From Squalus acanthias (taxonomy: Eukaryota), in contig CM059432.1 of NCBI GenBank assembly GCA_030390025.1, forward strand, positions 13,702,001 to 13,764,000: 62,000 bases of DNA, given 5' to 3'. Both the position numbers and the translations under genes were made by a program. Below are positions 1-13,499 of this stretch, piece by piece. The notes under the pieces are model-generated. The model ran no database searches. It saw only the letters and a list, made by a program, of their open reading frames with translations, and had not been told where the DNA came from. Each line of letters opens with the position of its first letter. Position 1 is the first letter of the stretch.

Positions 1-125
1 AAAGAGATACACCTTAAATAGTAAGATTTTAAATGGAGTAGAGAAGCAGAGGGACCTTGATGTCAGATACATGGATATTAAAGGTTGCAGAGCAAGCAGA
101 TAAGATCACGCAAAAGATAAATGGA
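1..125 (+). mobile_element. Decayed CR1 LINE RT fragment
   Basis: tacaccttaaat...gtagagaagcagagggacctt resembles the Y.LNG..L..V..QRDLG segment of the other CR1 copies in the window. Confidence 0.55.
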
Positions 126-443
126 ATCCATATAACTACAAAAGTTGACAACTCCAAAGTGTCTCTGAATATAAGCCGATAGCATGTGAAAAGCAATTAC
201 ACTAAAAGTGCAGTGGGACATGGCTTGTAGATATAACCAACATTCCTTGACTTGTATTGGAGGAATAAACAGAAGAGACTGAACCAGCAGGAGGGGGGCA
301 AAAGATCCCAGAAAAGCAGGGGGAGGCGGAAGAAACAGATGATGGAAGGTAGCATTGGTTACAAAATTCTTGTCCATAGTATGAGAATTTACAGTTCTGT
401 AAATTACAACTTCTCTCATAACTTTGGGACTACTGAAATAATA

Positions 444-992
444 CAAAAGCAAAATACTGTGGCTGCTGTAAATCTGAAATAAAAACAGAAAATGCTGGAA
501 ATACTTTAATTCTCCACTCCACTCCCACTCTGACCTCTGTCCTTGGCCTCTTGCACTGTTCCAACAAAGCTCAACACAAGCTCGAGGAACAGCACCTCAT
601 CTTTCGATTCGGCACTTTACTGCCTTCTGGACTCAACATCGAGTTCAACAATTTCAGATGGCAGCTGTTGATGATTCTGTCATTCTCATTTACACCTCTT
701 CTAGATCCATCTTTTGTTTCTTTACCTGTCCCATTACCACCTCCTTTTGCTTTGTACAATCATACCTTTTGTCAGTTAATCACTCCTGCCTTCCCCCCAT
801 CACAGACCTTCCCTTTTGTTCTTTTCCACTCCTCCCACCCTTTCCCTGCCCCATGCACTTGCTTAAAATCTGTTACATCTCTAACTTTTTCCATTTCTGA
901 TAAAATGTCATCGACCTGAAACCTTAACTCTGTTTCTCTCTCCACAGATGCTGCCTGACCTGTTAGTATTTCCAGCATGTTCTGTTTTTATT
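444..992 (+). mobile_element. Penelope-like retroelement 3' fragment with inverted terminal segment and 15-bp TSD
   Basis: ORF 551-919 carries HCSNKAQHKLEEQHLIFRFGTLLPSGLNIEFNNFR (GIY-YIG endonuclease C-terminus type). About 478-505 is the reverse complement of 965-992. Direct repeat actactgaaataata at 429-443 and 993-1007. Degenerate hammerhead core at 897-930. Confidence 0.8.
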
Positions 993-1333
993 ACTACTGA
1001 AATAATATTGACAGAAGGAAGCCAAAGGGGCAGGAGAGCAAAATTTCCTAAACCAGCTGACTTTAGTGAATCCTTTGGAAAAGAATGAAAAATTGAGATT
1101 TCGAAGCTATTTTTTTCCCCCAAAAGTGTTATCTGTAGACTACAGGATAGACTTAAGATTTGTATTCTATTTTTACTGCCAGCATTAAATAGAATTGAAT
1201 GTATTCTCTTATGAAATGTAATACATTTAACTGGAATATACAGGTAGAAGTCACTTAATATTATGAATAACTAGATTTATACTATGCTTCTACAATGCCA
1301 AAACTGCACAGCAAGGCTAGGATGTTGATTTTA

Positions 1334-1504
<171 letters not shown>

Positions 1505-1810
1505 CTAGGGAGAAAGATATTAGGGTGAAAAGTTGAAAATTGCTGTTCCTACATACAAAGGTAACAGGCTTAGCGAAATTACACTTTAAAGCAGTGTGGG
1601 AATACTATAAAACTGAGCAAACCGTCAATCTTGGGAGTGTTTTGGGGCAGAAGTTTGTATTTAAAATGTATCGTACTAATCACTTCTGAAAGGAAGATAG
1701 TGATGACTGGCGAGCCACATAACCTATATACTCCTGGAAGTTTTCTGATGCTTTCACAACAAAGGTCAAAAGTAATTAGCAACTTGTATGCAGACTGTTT
1801 ACTCCAACAA

Positions 1811-1904
1811 TGCTTTCTCTCTCCACGGATGCTGCCTGGCCTGCTGAGTTTTTCCAGCGTTTTCTGTTGTTATTTCAGATTTCCAGCATCCGCAGTATTT
1901 TGCT
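1811..1904 (+). mobile_element. Penelope-like terminal repeat fragment (same family as 444-992)
   Basis: ttctctctccacggatgctgcctggcctgctgagtttttccagc...cagatttccagcatccgcagtattttgct matches 933-992 and the reverse complement of 449-505. Confidence 0.7.
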
Positions 1905-4374
1905 ATCGTAATGTGAAGTGCTTCATCCTTTCACGTTATGTTGATTGTCAGGAGATAGTGTGCTTTTTTCCACTTCTTTGCACACTGTGCCCAAGTATTA
2001 AGTTATATTAGGAGTACACAAAGTCAGTCCTCAGTTGAGTACAAAAGCAATGAATGCCTTTCATGTCACTACTGAGCAGAATAATGAACTGAATATACGA
2101 TCTAGTTGTAAATGACAAAAAATGCAATGTTTTGTGCTTAGGTGATGGATCCAAGTACGGAGAAGAAAGCATTTCAACTTTTGCACCCACTTCCAAGTCA
2201 AATACAGCACAGGCTAGATGCAGAGTAGAGCTCCCTCTATATTGCTAATCATATAATAAACCATAACCTCAGAATAGCACCTTTATTTCAAGCACCACCA
2301 GTTTTCTATAACTTCATTATTTCAAACACAGCCAGATGCTTCACCATAGCAAGGGAAGGAATAATGCTCTTTGCTCACTAGAGCAGTATTGTCGAGATGG
2401 ATGATTAAAGAACAAGCCATATGCCCACTTATGGTGTATGGCTAGTGAGAAAGAGGAAAATGAAAGAGTAAATCTATATAATTTAAAGCCTTCCATTTAG
2501 TACATGTTCATTGTATCACATCTTTCAAAAAAGTGGCAAATTGACTGTGGTCTCAGATATCAAAAGTACTCCACTCTAGATGTCACACATACAGAGCAAA
2601 CGTTGTGATTGGCTCAAATAAATGGTATGTATTAAGTTTCCAAATATCTGACTTACTTAGGAATAAATCAAAAGGTATCAATGAGGAATGAGCAATCAGC
2701 AGAAAACTGAGCAATCAAATCCATATTTTTTTCAAAGCTACCATTCATAAATCAAACAGTACCACAAAACCAACTAATCAAATTGTTCAAATAATTTGTT
2801 CACATTGGTTTGGATCTTCCTTCTTCAATCAGGTCAGTGTAAATAACTAGAACTAACTTTTTTGAATATAACAAACAGAAAAATTACCCAATTCAGGGGA
2901 AAGGAAAAAACATCACTATATTTATCCATAAAATAAGTTAATTAATGTCAGAAAATATCTGCAAGAGGTTTTCCCCAATAGGTGCGCTCTTGTTTCATCT
3001 GTGTCTGTCTGCTGGAACTCTCCAGCTGCTGTGGACAAATTCAGTGTCTGAGACAGATGGAATTTGGAAGGCAAAGTTCTCACCCTGCTACCAGCACCCG
3101 AGTTACAGTATGACAATCCAATAAAAAAAGGAATGGGGAGTTCTATCTCCTGTGGAGAAATTCCATGCATGCGAGAGAGATGCGCGTCATGGGAGTTGTG
3201 GTCCTCATCCTGTTCCTATGGAATTACAGTATGTATAGTGTACTGTGACAAACCAGGCAGAAAATTCACAACATGCTGCAAGGTGTAAGTGGTGCAAAAA
3301 AATTATTTGTACAAAGTGTTTTATACAGGTTTGGCCACTAATCAAGAATTCTGAGCTAACACTGCTGTTTGAGATAAGATTTTGTGCGTGTCTGGGAGTG
3401 AACAATATTTGCACCTGGGCCAGAGGGGAATGCTGATTAGGTGCTTTCACGCTGACTCAGACATTGTGGCCAGAGTCTGCCAGCCAGAGACCATGGGAAA
3501 TGACCACTTGGTCAGGTGCTGGTCATTGGAAACTTGACTACGGGGAAGAACCTACCTGGGTAGTGTAAGCGGATGACAGCTTCAGTAAGGGTTACAAATC
3601 CACTGTGAACAGTAAACAGGAGAAAAAAATATCTGCTATAAATTATGGAAATAATGAAAAAATATTTTGAGAAGAACTACTAATGAAGTCCTTGTATCTC
3701 AAGTAAATACAGAAAATCCAATGTGGGCGGCAGAGAAAAATGTTCAATATTTTTTAATGTAAAATACTGAAAAGAGAGGTTTTGGGAGGAAAGTACAAAG
3801 TTACATGCATTTTAAGCAAGTTTTCTAAACTGGCAGGTAAATAGAATTACAAATAGCAGATCTGCAAGGCCTGCATCTTTCAGCATCAGTCAGGTATGTA
3901 ATAGCTTTACCTTCAGTCAGTCAGTTGTTGTATTGTTTGAAATAACTGGCTTTATTGCAGCAATGGGCTGTAACATAATGCAATATTCTTAGGTTTTGGC
4001 TGAAGCAGGATTGCAGTAAACATCAAAAACAACACTAGAGGTCCCACACCGCCCGTACGCAATGCCTTAGATAGTGACTAGCTTCCTTTAAAAGTTCTTA
4101 TGGTTATCAAAGTGACACTGAAAACCAAAATCCAGAAACTGTCTGTTCAATTTCACCTTTTAAGGAACTGTTCTAATATCTCACAACACACTTAGTGTAA
4201 AATCATTAAAAATTAAACTACTAAAGCAACAATCTACTCATGTACGAAAAATAATTATAGATTTTACGAGATATATAATGATGATGAGGGAGGCAGAAAG
4301 AATGATCATTGGAGCTCTATCAATCCTTTTCTATATACAATATTCAAATTTAAGTTCCAGTGCTTTCCAATTTA

Positions 4375-4575
<201 letters not shown>

Positions 4576-4809
4576 TTAGGTAACATGGGAAACAAGCAAA
4601 AAAACCACAATTATTGATTTCTACCTACTTTAATGGATTAAAAAAAATTAAACTGAAAGTTCCTCATCTCAATCACTGACTTCCAGAATCCAATGCTATG
4701 CATGAAATAAATTCTAATTATTTAACTCGAAGAATAATGGCAAAGATTACAAAAAATGATTTATTATTTAATCTGTGCAATGGATATTTGAGTGGAGAGA
4801 AATATTTAC

Positions 4810-5110
4810 AACACATAGGATGCCATTTGGCCTGTTGCACCTGTTAGCTCTTCAACTGGACCTGCCTACTCTAATCCTATTTCCCTGTACTTCCCCATAT
4901 CCTTTTAAATTTTCTTTTTCAAATATCTCTCCAATTTTATTTTAAATGCTGTTTATAGGCTCTGCCTCATTAGCTACCTATGGCAAAACATTTCATATTC
5001 TAATAAATCTTTGTGAAACAAATTCTTCTAAGCACACCCTTTATTGTGATAATCCAGAGTCTGAGCCCCCTTGGTGCTAATTCACCAACCACAGAAATAT
5101 CTTTTATTTT
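4810..5110 (-). mobile_element. Old CR1 3' end
   Basis: gccatttggcc...ttccccatatcc...aaatatctctccaatt...ttaaatg pattern is shared with the CR1 3' ends elsewhere in the window; highly diverged. Confidence 0.5.
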
Positions 5111-5339
5111 AAAAACCCCAAATGCATCACACTATCACTCAAACACATGTTATTACTTTTGTACTCATATTGTCTATCAAGAACTTTAAAAAAAAACCCT
5201 AGTTCCCCAAATATTCCTATTTAATTTCTTTCATTTATTCTGATTCCTTTAGCATCTGTAGATAAAATCTGTCTCCATTTCACTTGTGGGGGAGGAAGAG
5301 AGAAGAAACGTGAGGGACAAAGTCAGTTTAAGATGTTTT

Positions 5340-6540
5340 AAAGCTTTTAACATCACAATACTAGCCATATGACCATTTCCCAACTCATGTATAAAGGAAC
5401 AGATCGAGAAATTATACAACGCTCCATATTCCTTTGGTTCTGGTGCAATGGGAGGATGGAAGCATAAAACCTACAAATAAATGTCAGAGGTCAACCACTG
5501 AGATTCAGAATCTCTGGGACGTGTGGTCAGACTCCAGCCACTCTGGAATCAAAAGTCCCAATGAAGGAGTACTTCAATGGCTGGGGAAGTATTTTTTAAT
5601 CTTTCCTCTCTGATTCATATAACTACAACATTATTTGGGTAAAGACTCCTCAGGCTTTACCACTGGAGGTTTGGCTATACTCCTGACGACCAGAAGGGGT
5701 TGAGGAATAGTTCCAAATAGAATCACCAGCTGAACAAAACTCTTCAGGCATCTGCGCTCTCAATCTGGAAGTTGGATGACATCCACTCCGCAATGGGTCC
5801 TTGAGTAAACATAAAAGAAACATAACTGTGGGAGAATTAAATTCTCCAATAGCCTGCAGAGGGTGCAGTGGAGATGTCCAGGAAAGAAAGGAGACCTAAA
5901 ACATAGTTTTACTTTTCCTTCAAAAGAAATTCCAAGCCCATCTCAGCGATTGGTTTGCAGTGGAGATGCCCCGTTAACTGTGCACCAGCTACGTCAAGCC
6001 TGGGAGAGCACTCGGTGTTGGCCAATACCACCTGCTACCTGGATGCATTATGAATACAATAAGTTCTATAAGTGCTTGAGGGAAGTGGTGAGCATTTCAT
6101 TGCTGTTTTGCATCCAAAGGGTGCTTCTTTTTCTTCAACAGTCAATGCAGATAGGAATTTCACTAATGCTGACTGGAAAAAAAGCCACCTCCAGTCACAA
6201 TCAGAGGAACTAATGGAGTTCACACCATTGGACAAGTCCTATATACAGTGCATTCTCATTGCTGCCACAATACAGCAAATCAGACTTAAAAAGAGTGTGA
6301 CACCGAGGATGAGCCACCTGTGCCCAGAAGCCTGGGCAATGCCTCCATTAGTGTTTGGGATGAAGTTCAATGGTGCCAAATCATACAGATTGGTGGAGCA
6401 CCCAAAGAAATGAAGCCAATTACTACTACTGGCAGGATAAAAGTGAATCGGTGTGTAGTCTTCATGCATCCCTGGTTGATGCTAGCTCAAAAAAGCAATC
6501 CTCCTATTACAGGGAAACAGGGTGGCTGCTCTCGGTAAGC
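5340..6540 (-). mobile_element. Highly decayed DIRS-like (tyrosine recombinase retrotransposon) gag/RT remnant
   Basis: Frame-broken minus-strand peptides in the expected order (CFPVIGGLL; SALVKFLSALTVEEKEAPF; NEMLTTSLK; QA*RS; GISFEGKVKL; GKIKKYF) resemble vertebrate DIRS gag (LP..EGLL...LPFEG..LF) and the start of pol. Recognised by eye only. Confidence 0.35.
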
Positions 6541-6560
6541 TCTGCAGCAAGAAAGACTTT

Positions 6561-6668
6561 CAAGCCCTTTGGATTTAAGCACTTTACCAAGAATGCTAGG
6601 ACACTCAAGTCACCAATGGCTACTGTGTCGTAGTATACTTGTTAAAGTGCTTAAATTCAAAGGCCTTG
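6561..6668. repeat. Imperfect hairpin: 44-bp arms (38/44 match), 20-nt loop
   Basis: caagccctttggatttaagcactttaccaagaatgctaggacac (6561-6604) versus gtgtcgtagtatacttgttaaagtgcttaaattcaaaggccttg (6625-6668). Confidence 0.85.
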
Positions 6669-7299
6669 GACACAACATAAACAAACTTCTGAATAAAAAT
6701 GGGTAGAATGTACTATGGAAAAAATGTACTGTTCTTTAGCTGAAGAGAATGTAACAACTCTCTAAAATGCAGGAGTTGATGTTGGAAGTTTTCTAACAAG
6801 GAAAGAACAGGTGCAACAGCCCAGATAAAGTGCTGCGTGGGAAGGGCATGTGAATGATGTCAGGTCAAAAACAAGTCTTCAAGGGATTGTAGGGTCCTTA
6901 GAGACTATTTCCCCAATCAGCCATTCAGGTTTACTCTTGTTGAAAGATGCAGGAATGAAGAAGTTGATTTAAATATTTAACATTTATGGTTTAATACTTT
7001 ATGGGGACATTGTATTCAATTTTAGATCAGCTTCTGCATTAGTGGCAAATATTGGAGTGTCTGCTGTCTTTCATGCACGATAACATCTCCATCACACAAT
7101 TTACAATAGTGAAATTCTATAGCCTGATTTAAATCTGGAAAATTAACTTACCATCTAGTTCTGCTTAAATTGGTTATACTATTTCACCTAATTCCATTTA
7201 CATTAGGAACAATGTAACAGACAATACATCTCTGACCAAGACTTGCCCCAACCCCCCTCTGAATATTTGGCAACTTTCTCCTAAAAGGAGCTGGTTGTT

Positions 7300-7600
7300 C
7301 TCCATTACCTTTCACCAGTAGCCATTATTCAAGCGAGCGCTTGGCAGGCTGCTTTGTCATGGGAGCAGCACAAGCAATTCTGATTCTATCCTCATCCACG
7401 TGCACTTTCCAGCAGGAATCTGTATTATGAGCAATGGGAACACTGGCTGATTTGTTTGCTCCCTAACAAAGGGGCACAGAGGTCAAATGCTACTCTGATT
7501 GAGATCAGCTAACTCAACACAGACCAGAAATTGAACTTGGTATCTTCCAGCCATGCATGGCTCAGCTACTACGGAGATAAACTCACTGAGACATCAGAGG
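7300..7600 (-). mobile_element. Old tRNA-derived SINE
   Basis: Minus strand reads tgtctcagtgag (A-box-like) ... caagttcaatttctgg (B-box-like), followed by a SINE-like body. Confidence 0.45.
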
Positions 7601-7615
7601 AAACCAAAGCCTCTA

Positions 7616-7942
<327 letters not shown>

Positions 7943-8624
7943 TTACTGTGGTAAATTGTGGCAATGTGTCAAACTGTCCAAATCTAAGTTTATTCCAACA
8001 GACAGGTTTGACTTTATACATGATACACAAAAAAGTAAGCATGAAGCATGTAGCTGTGCAGTCATTTTCTTACAAAAGTGTACAATTTCCTTGCTCCCCC
8101 TTACCAAATTGCTTTCTCCCTACATCTTCAGTATTGCTGACCAAGAGGATGGGCGACCGACTTCCACCAATACTGCTCTAAAACTACCTTCAGAGAGATT
8201 GAGAATTCAGTGGAATGAGGCATGAGATGCAAATCACATTTCATCACTGACTCTGAGACAACATTCAACCTCACCACTGTATTTTATTTTAAATATAAAA
8301 AGACTGCACTGAAACAGCTGTTTAAAGAAAACATTGAAATTTCCACTGATGATCGTTCTAAAATCAAGAGAATTTAAGGACTGAACTGTGTGTCTGTTAA
8401 AGGCCATAATATGGAAATCCATAATTATGAGTATGCAACTTCATATGCATTGTTGGTTTGGATGGTCAATATGGATATGTAATGAATGCACAAAGAGAAA
8501 ATAAAAAGTGTGTAAAGGCAGGGGTGGGGAAAAAGAGTAAGAGAAGCAACAAGACAGGAACACAGTAACTATATAATGGCTTTCTTAAACAATGTTGTTT
8601 TTGAAAACTGAAATATCAGGTACT

Positions 8625-8790
8625 AAATGGTGCTGCAAGTTAGCATGCTATCCTGTCACTTCTGGAAACCAGGTTCAAATCCAGCTCAGGCTGATGGCAT
8701 GAAAGTCTCTTCTCTCTGCCGGTTGTAAAGCTCTCCGGCAGAATGAGCTCGTGCAGTTTCTGGCAACACGTGCCATAGCACAAAACTTCT
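8625..8790 (+). mobile_element. tRNA-derived SINE 5' part resembling LF-SINE
   Basis: tcacttctggaaaccaggttcaaatccagctcagg...gaaagtc...aatgag...cagtttctgg...cacaaaac; B-box GGTTCAAATCC; motif order as recalled for the LF-SINE 5' half. Confidence 0.4.
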
Positions 8791-9448
8791 CAGTTCGCTT
8801 CCACAATGGCTTCCTGAGCCATTCACACTAGAAAGGTGCTTAACTTTTGAAAAAGATGAATTATTCATGGACACCATTCTTAATCACTATCTAGTGACCC
8901 CATTGGAAAAGTGTGAAAACTGGTGAGGAAAACTGGACACCGCCCCCCCCCCCCCTCCCCCCCCAGGTTTCACAGCTGAGCCCAGTACTTTTGGCAAGGT
9001 ATCAAGAGTCCATGACTTTAGAATGGGGGCGGGGTGGGGGAGAAGAATAACTGCCTAATATTTAGCAATCTCACTGGAAGGAGCCTTAATGATGGTTGAC
9101 CTGGGAAATGGGGGGTGGGGGATGGTGCATCAGGATCTGCTACTGGGACAGGGTAGAGACAGCTTTACAGTGCACCTTTAACTTGTTAACCTAGACGGTC
9201 TGATGTGGAAATCTGCTGCCCAAAATGGAAAAAGCATTCCAACGGTCAGCAGTGGTATAACCCAATTATCATAAACATACATAACAGTCCACATACTATT
9301 TAGATGTTAAGGACCAGAAGTAATATTACCCCTTATATCTTTAAAATGTGCTGCCAAAATGGTGACTCCAAATAATATTCATTCTCCAACCATTATGTTT
9401 TTATAGTGACCCTGATGTGCTGCACGTTCCAATTTATAGCAGTACATT

Positions 9449-10215
9449 GGCCCAAAAATTCGGCCGTTCTCGGGTGAGTACCTGCTGCGTACTCACCCGT
9501 ATTCGTTCCCGAAGTGCCGGTTTCCTGCATGCACTGCGCATGCGCGGGAAACCGGCACTTCCGGTACGGCGAAGGGGGCGGTTCCTAGGTGAACCGCATG
9601 CGTACTAGAGGCTGCGCGCACGCAGCACACTTAGGTTTTTTTTCAGGTTTCAACGCGAGGGGAAGTATGGAAGATTCTACGCAAGTAAAAAGGAGGCGTA
9701 AGACCCCTTTTGAACAAGGTAAGTAGTTAATTAAGTATAATTTTAATTTTTTTTCAACAGGTTTATCTTTTTTTTTAGAGACTTTAAAGAAAGGTAAGTT
9801 TATTTTTATAACTTTTTAAAAGTATTTTAATTTTTTCAAAAATTTTAATTTTTGTTTAAAGTGGTTAATTTATTTAACTATAGTTATTTTATTAATGTGA
9901 TGGTTTTAAAAAAAAAATATTTGAGGATTAGCTGTTCTTTTGGGGCCGATTTCAATTCACAGATTTGACAGGTCTCCTGTCAAATCTATGAATGAAAGAT
10001 GGTCTGCTGCCATTGGCTCTCCATGGCCCACGTGATCCCAGGGGTCGCATCGCACTAACTGCGCCCCTGGAACACGCAAGCACTGCGCGCCGGCACTAGG
10101 GAGAGGCCCAGGACCCGAAGTTCTTGTGGGCCCGAAACACAACGGCAGGCGCGGTAGGTAAGAGCGTGCGCAATCCTTACCCCCGCGGCAAGCCGGCCAC
10201 CCGAATTTCTAGGCC
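9449..10215. mobile_element. Non-autonomous PIF/Harbinger-like MITE
   Basis: TIRs ggcccaaaaattcgg / ccgaatttctaggcc; 3-bp flanking duplication att (9446-9448, 10216-10218); CpG-rich arms with internal hairpins and an AT-rich core. Confidence 0.7.
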
Positions 10216-10989
10216 ATTGTCTCATCAAAAACCAAATTAGTGAAGGGGCCTGGGCACAAGTCCTTATTTGGATATACCATACTGTCAAATTCAGAATTAT
10301 GGGAAACCCTTATTACTGCACTGGTATGTGTAAAAGTGGTTCCAGATGTTAGAAGAAATTTCTTCCTGAAACAAAAAAGACCCATTTAATGTTTCTATCT
10401 GATGGGTCATTGCAAGACATATTGCCATTCTATCATAGGTGGGAGCTTTGACCAACTCACTTAAGGGCCACCACAATGAGTGAAATTAAACAGGTCTCAC
10501 TTTCTGCATTTACTTTGCAGGGGCAGCAGACCCTAATCTAACTGAAGATGTGTGTGTGCCACTTGCTGCGCTCTTCTACTGTAAAGGTACCAGAGCACTC
10601 ATTATTCTAACTAGCTCTGCATGACCAAAATTCTCTCAGCAGTGTTTATCAGAGGGCAAGTTGGAAGACACCCTACCATATGATAATACACATTTATGCT
10701 ATTTCTTACTACTGCAGCTGCAAATCTCACTCTATATCAGTGACCAGTTCTTGCTCTATACCAAAAGGTGCTATTTTATTCATTTCAGGATTTGTTTTAT
10801 TTGATGAAAGATCAAGGGAATAAAAACATGTTGTCACCCCACATATGACAAAAGGAGAAAAGAAATACTTATTTTCTGCAGAGATATGTAATGTTTCACT
10901 AAGTAAAGTGCTCCACCTTGTGGTTTAGCTAAAAGCCAGTGGAAGTCTTTTGTTGAGGAGCATCAAATTTGAATAATGGTTGAGACAGA

Positions 10990-11975
10990 GATTTAATTTT
11001 TGCCTCTACGACTCTACAGAAGTTTATTCCATTTATTGATCATTCTGTGGAAGAACTTTCTGAAATCAGTCATAATTTTGCCTTTTACTAGTTTGAACCT
11101 GTATCCACTTCTGCTACAGTCATGGTTTAGTTTGAAGCATTGTTCTGGATCTACCTTTCTATACAGTTTATTACCTTGCATACCTTTATATCACCACCTT
11201 TCAGTTGCCTCTGTCAAAGCTGAAAAGCCCAAGTTTCTTCATTCTTTGCTTCTAACTCAGTCCTCTTGACACCAGGAATCAGTGTCATGGCTCTTCTCTA
11301 AACTGGTGCTGGGGCTTGAATATCGCCCTCATTTCGCAGTGATCAGAACTAGATGCAGTTCTCAAGGTATGGTTGACCAAAGCATGGCTCCCTTTGACTT
11401 TCTTTTAGATATACAGTTCAGCATTCCTTGTTTTAGTCATTGCTACTTCAGTGACTGGCTAGGCTGGATCTGGTAAAGCACTTGATTTATCCCAAATTCA
11501 TTGAGCTACTTTAACACCAATCAATAGAGGACTTGCACTGCTCATTTTTCGTTCTTTCTGCAGTGCCTTGCAGTTGTCCATATTAAATTTTAACTGCCAC
11601 TGTTTGCCCACTTACATATTTTTGATCGTCATTTTGTAGTTCCCAAATTACCATCTCATATTTAACTGCCCCTCCTAGATTGGTAATGCCTGCAAATTTA
11701 CATTAAGTTTCTGAATCCTTGTTGTTAACACATATTAGAAACAGTATCCCCAGGGTTTACCAATAAGCACTGTACCACCTCTAAACTTCTTCATAACACC
11801 TCTAACAATTTACCCGTCGCTTCCTATTCCCTCAGCTAATGTCTTATCCAGTCCCAAGTTTTACCCTGCATCCCACTGCTTTAAGCTTAAATAGTAGCCT
11901 TTGTCAAATGCTTTGTGAAAGTTAAGTATACCACATCTTATGGCTTTCCACAGTTCACTAAGGAACTTCCTCAAA
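10990..11975 (-). mobile_element. Old CR1-type LINE fragment
   Basis: Diverged reverse-complement RT motifs (ttgtcaaatgctttgtgaaag = DF.KAFD; cctgcaaatt = KFA; cagaactagatgcagttctc = LE.C.QFW). Confidence 0.6.
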
Positions 11976-13499
11976 TTCTAACATTTTATATTTAACCCCA
12001 TGAAACAGGTTAACATGCATTTTGACATGTAAATGAGCTTAGGACGGTGTTTAAACCAGTTGTAACACGTTCCCCAGTACCTTTGTAAGGGCCCCAACTG
12101 CTGCCTCTCATGCCCTGACATCCTTATTCAGTGACCGAGAAAAATGGACTGCAAGTTACTAGCTAGCCGAAAGAGAGACCAGTTACTGGCGGAAGATGTG
12201 AAGTGTGAGACCAGCCTACCATTAGAAAGTGCAACCAAGAGTGGGATATTGTTTTTCCTACAGATGCAATTAATGTTGCTCTGTGATCAGACAAGTGGGC
12301 GTGACTATGATCACAGGTTCCAGTTCTACCAGGGCTCATCAAAGGCACAAGTAAAATGTTTAATGCATTAATTAAGTACTGTTAACAGAATTGCTCATGT
12401 TGCTACTGTACGCCGACTATAATTCTACCACCATTCTGGCAATGATTGCTTTTTATTAGAACCAAAGTTGACTATTTTGCCCGTTTTTTCAGCTGGCTTG
12501 AAGGTGCACTGGGGAAATTAATTCCCTAAATTTGATAAGAGAAAATTACAAAAAGAATACATCCATATGTGAAAAACAAGAAATGTAACAAGATCAAGAC
12601 AAAAACAATTGATTAATAATCTAAGCAGAATTACTTTACCAGGAAACAACAGCAGTGAGGACAGTCTGAACTGAAGTCAGTTGATGACTACTGACCTACT
12701 TATAATTACTTATCAGAAGTTTAACCTTCCTCCTTCTTTATACCTCCACATACAAAGGAGAATCTGTGGAAAACTATGATTTTGGGGTGGGGTGGTGGGG
12801 AGAGATTAAAATACCATCAGGGACAATGTCCCTCTTAAGTTTCACACTTGAAGTCAAGTGACCTCCCACCAGCTCTGCTGACTCTCAGCCTTATTTATAC
12901 AGCAACAGGCAAAGATCCTCATGCCTGGTGAGAGCACCAGTCTGACCTGGTCCATTAAGCTTGACCCTTACCAACATGATGTAACCTAGATGCACCATCA
13001 ATCTCATCCCCCCTCTCCCCCTGAAGTCATGCAATCTCCTGGGAGAGGCAAATAACAGAAGAAATAGACCAATTTAGGAAGTACTCAGGGAAATTCCACT
13101 GATCAATTATTATTGATTTGATCAATAATCATCAATGTCAAGTTATCTTGATTCTTAAATAAATATAAAAGTTGAACAAGATCAAACATTACAGGTCTGT
13201 AAAAATAGACTCCCTTCCCCCCACCCCCATACAAAACAAAAAAGACATGAAGACCACTCCAAGCAATAGCACATCAGAAAGAGAGACTATGATTGGCCTT
13301 ATGTAAACTTTGTACGTGAAGGTTGATAAAAGAATGGGCAAGACTATACCTCTGGTTAGTAATCTAGAGTTCTTCCTCATTTATTAAATTTCACCATACA
13401 AACAGGAAGTATACCACAATAGCATATAATACTGGAGGATAGTCTCCAGCATTACTAGACACCCTGAGGCACCAAAACACATATCCTTGAGTAGATAAA

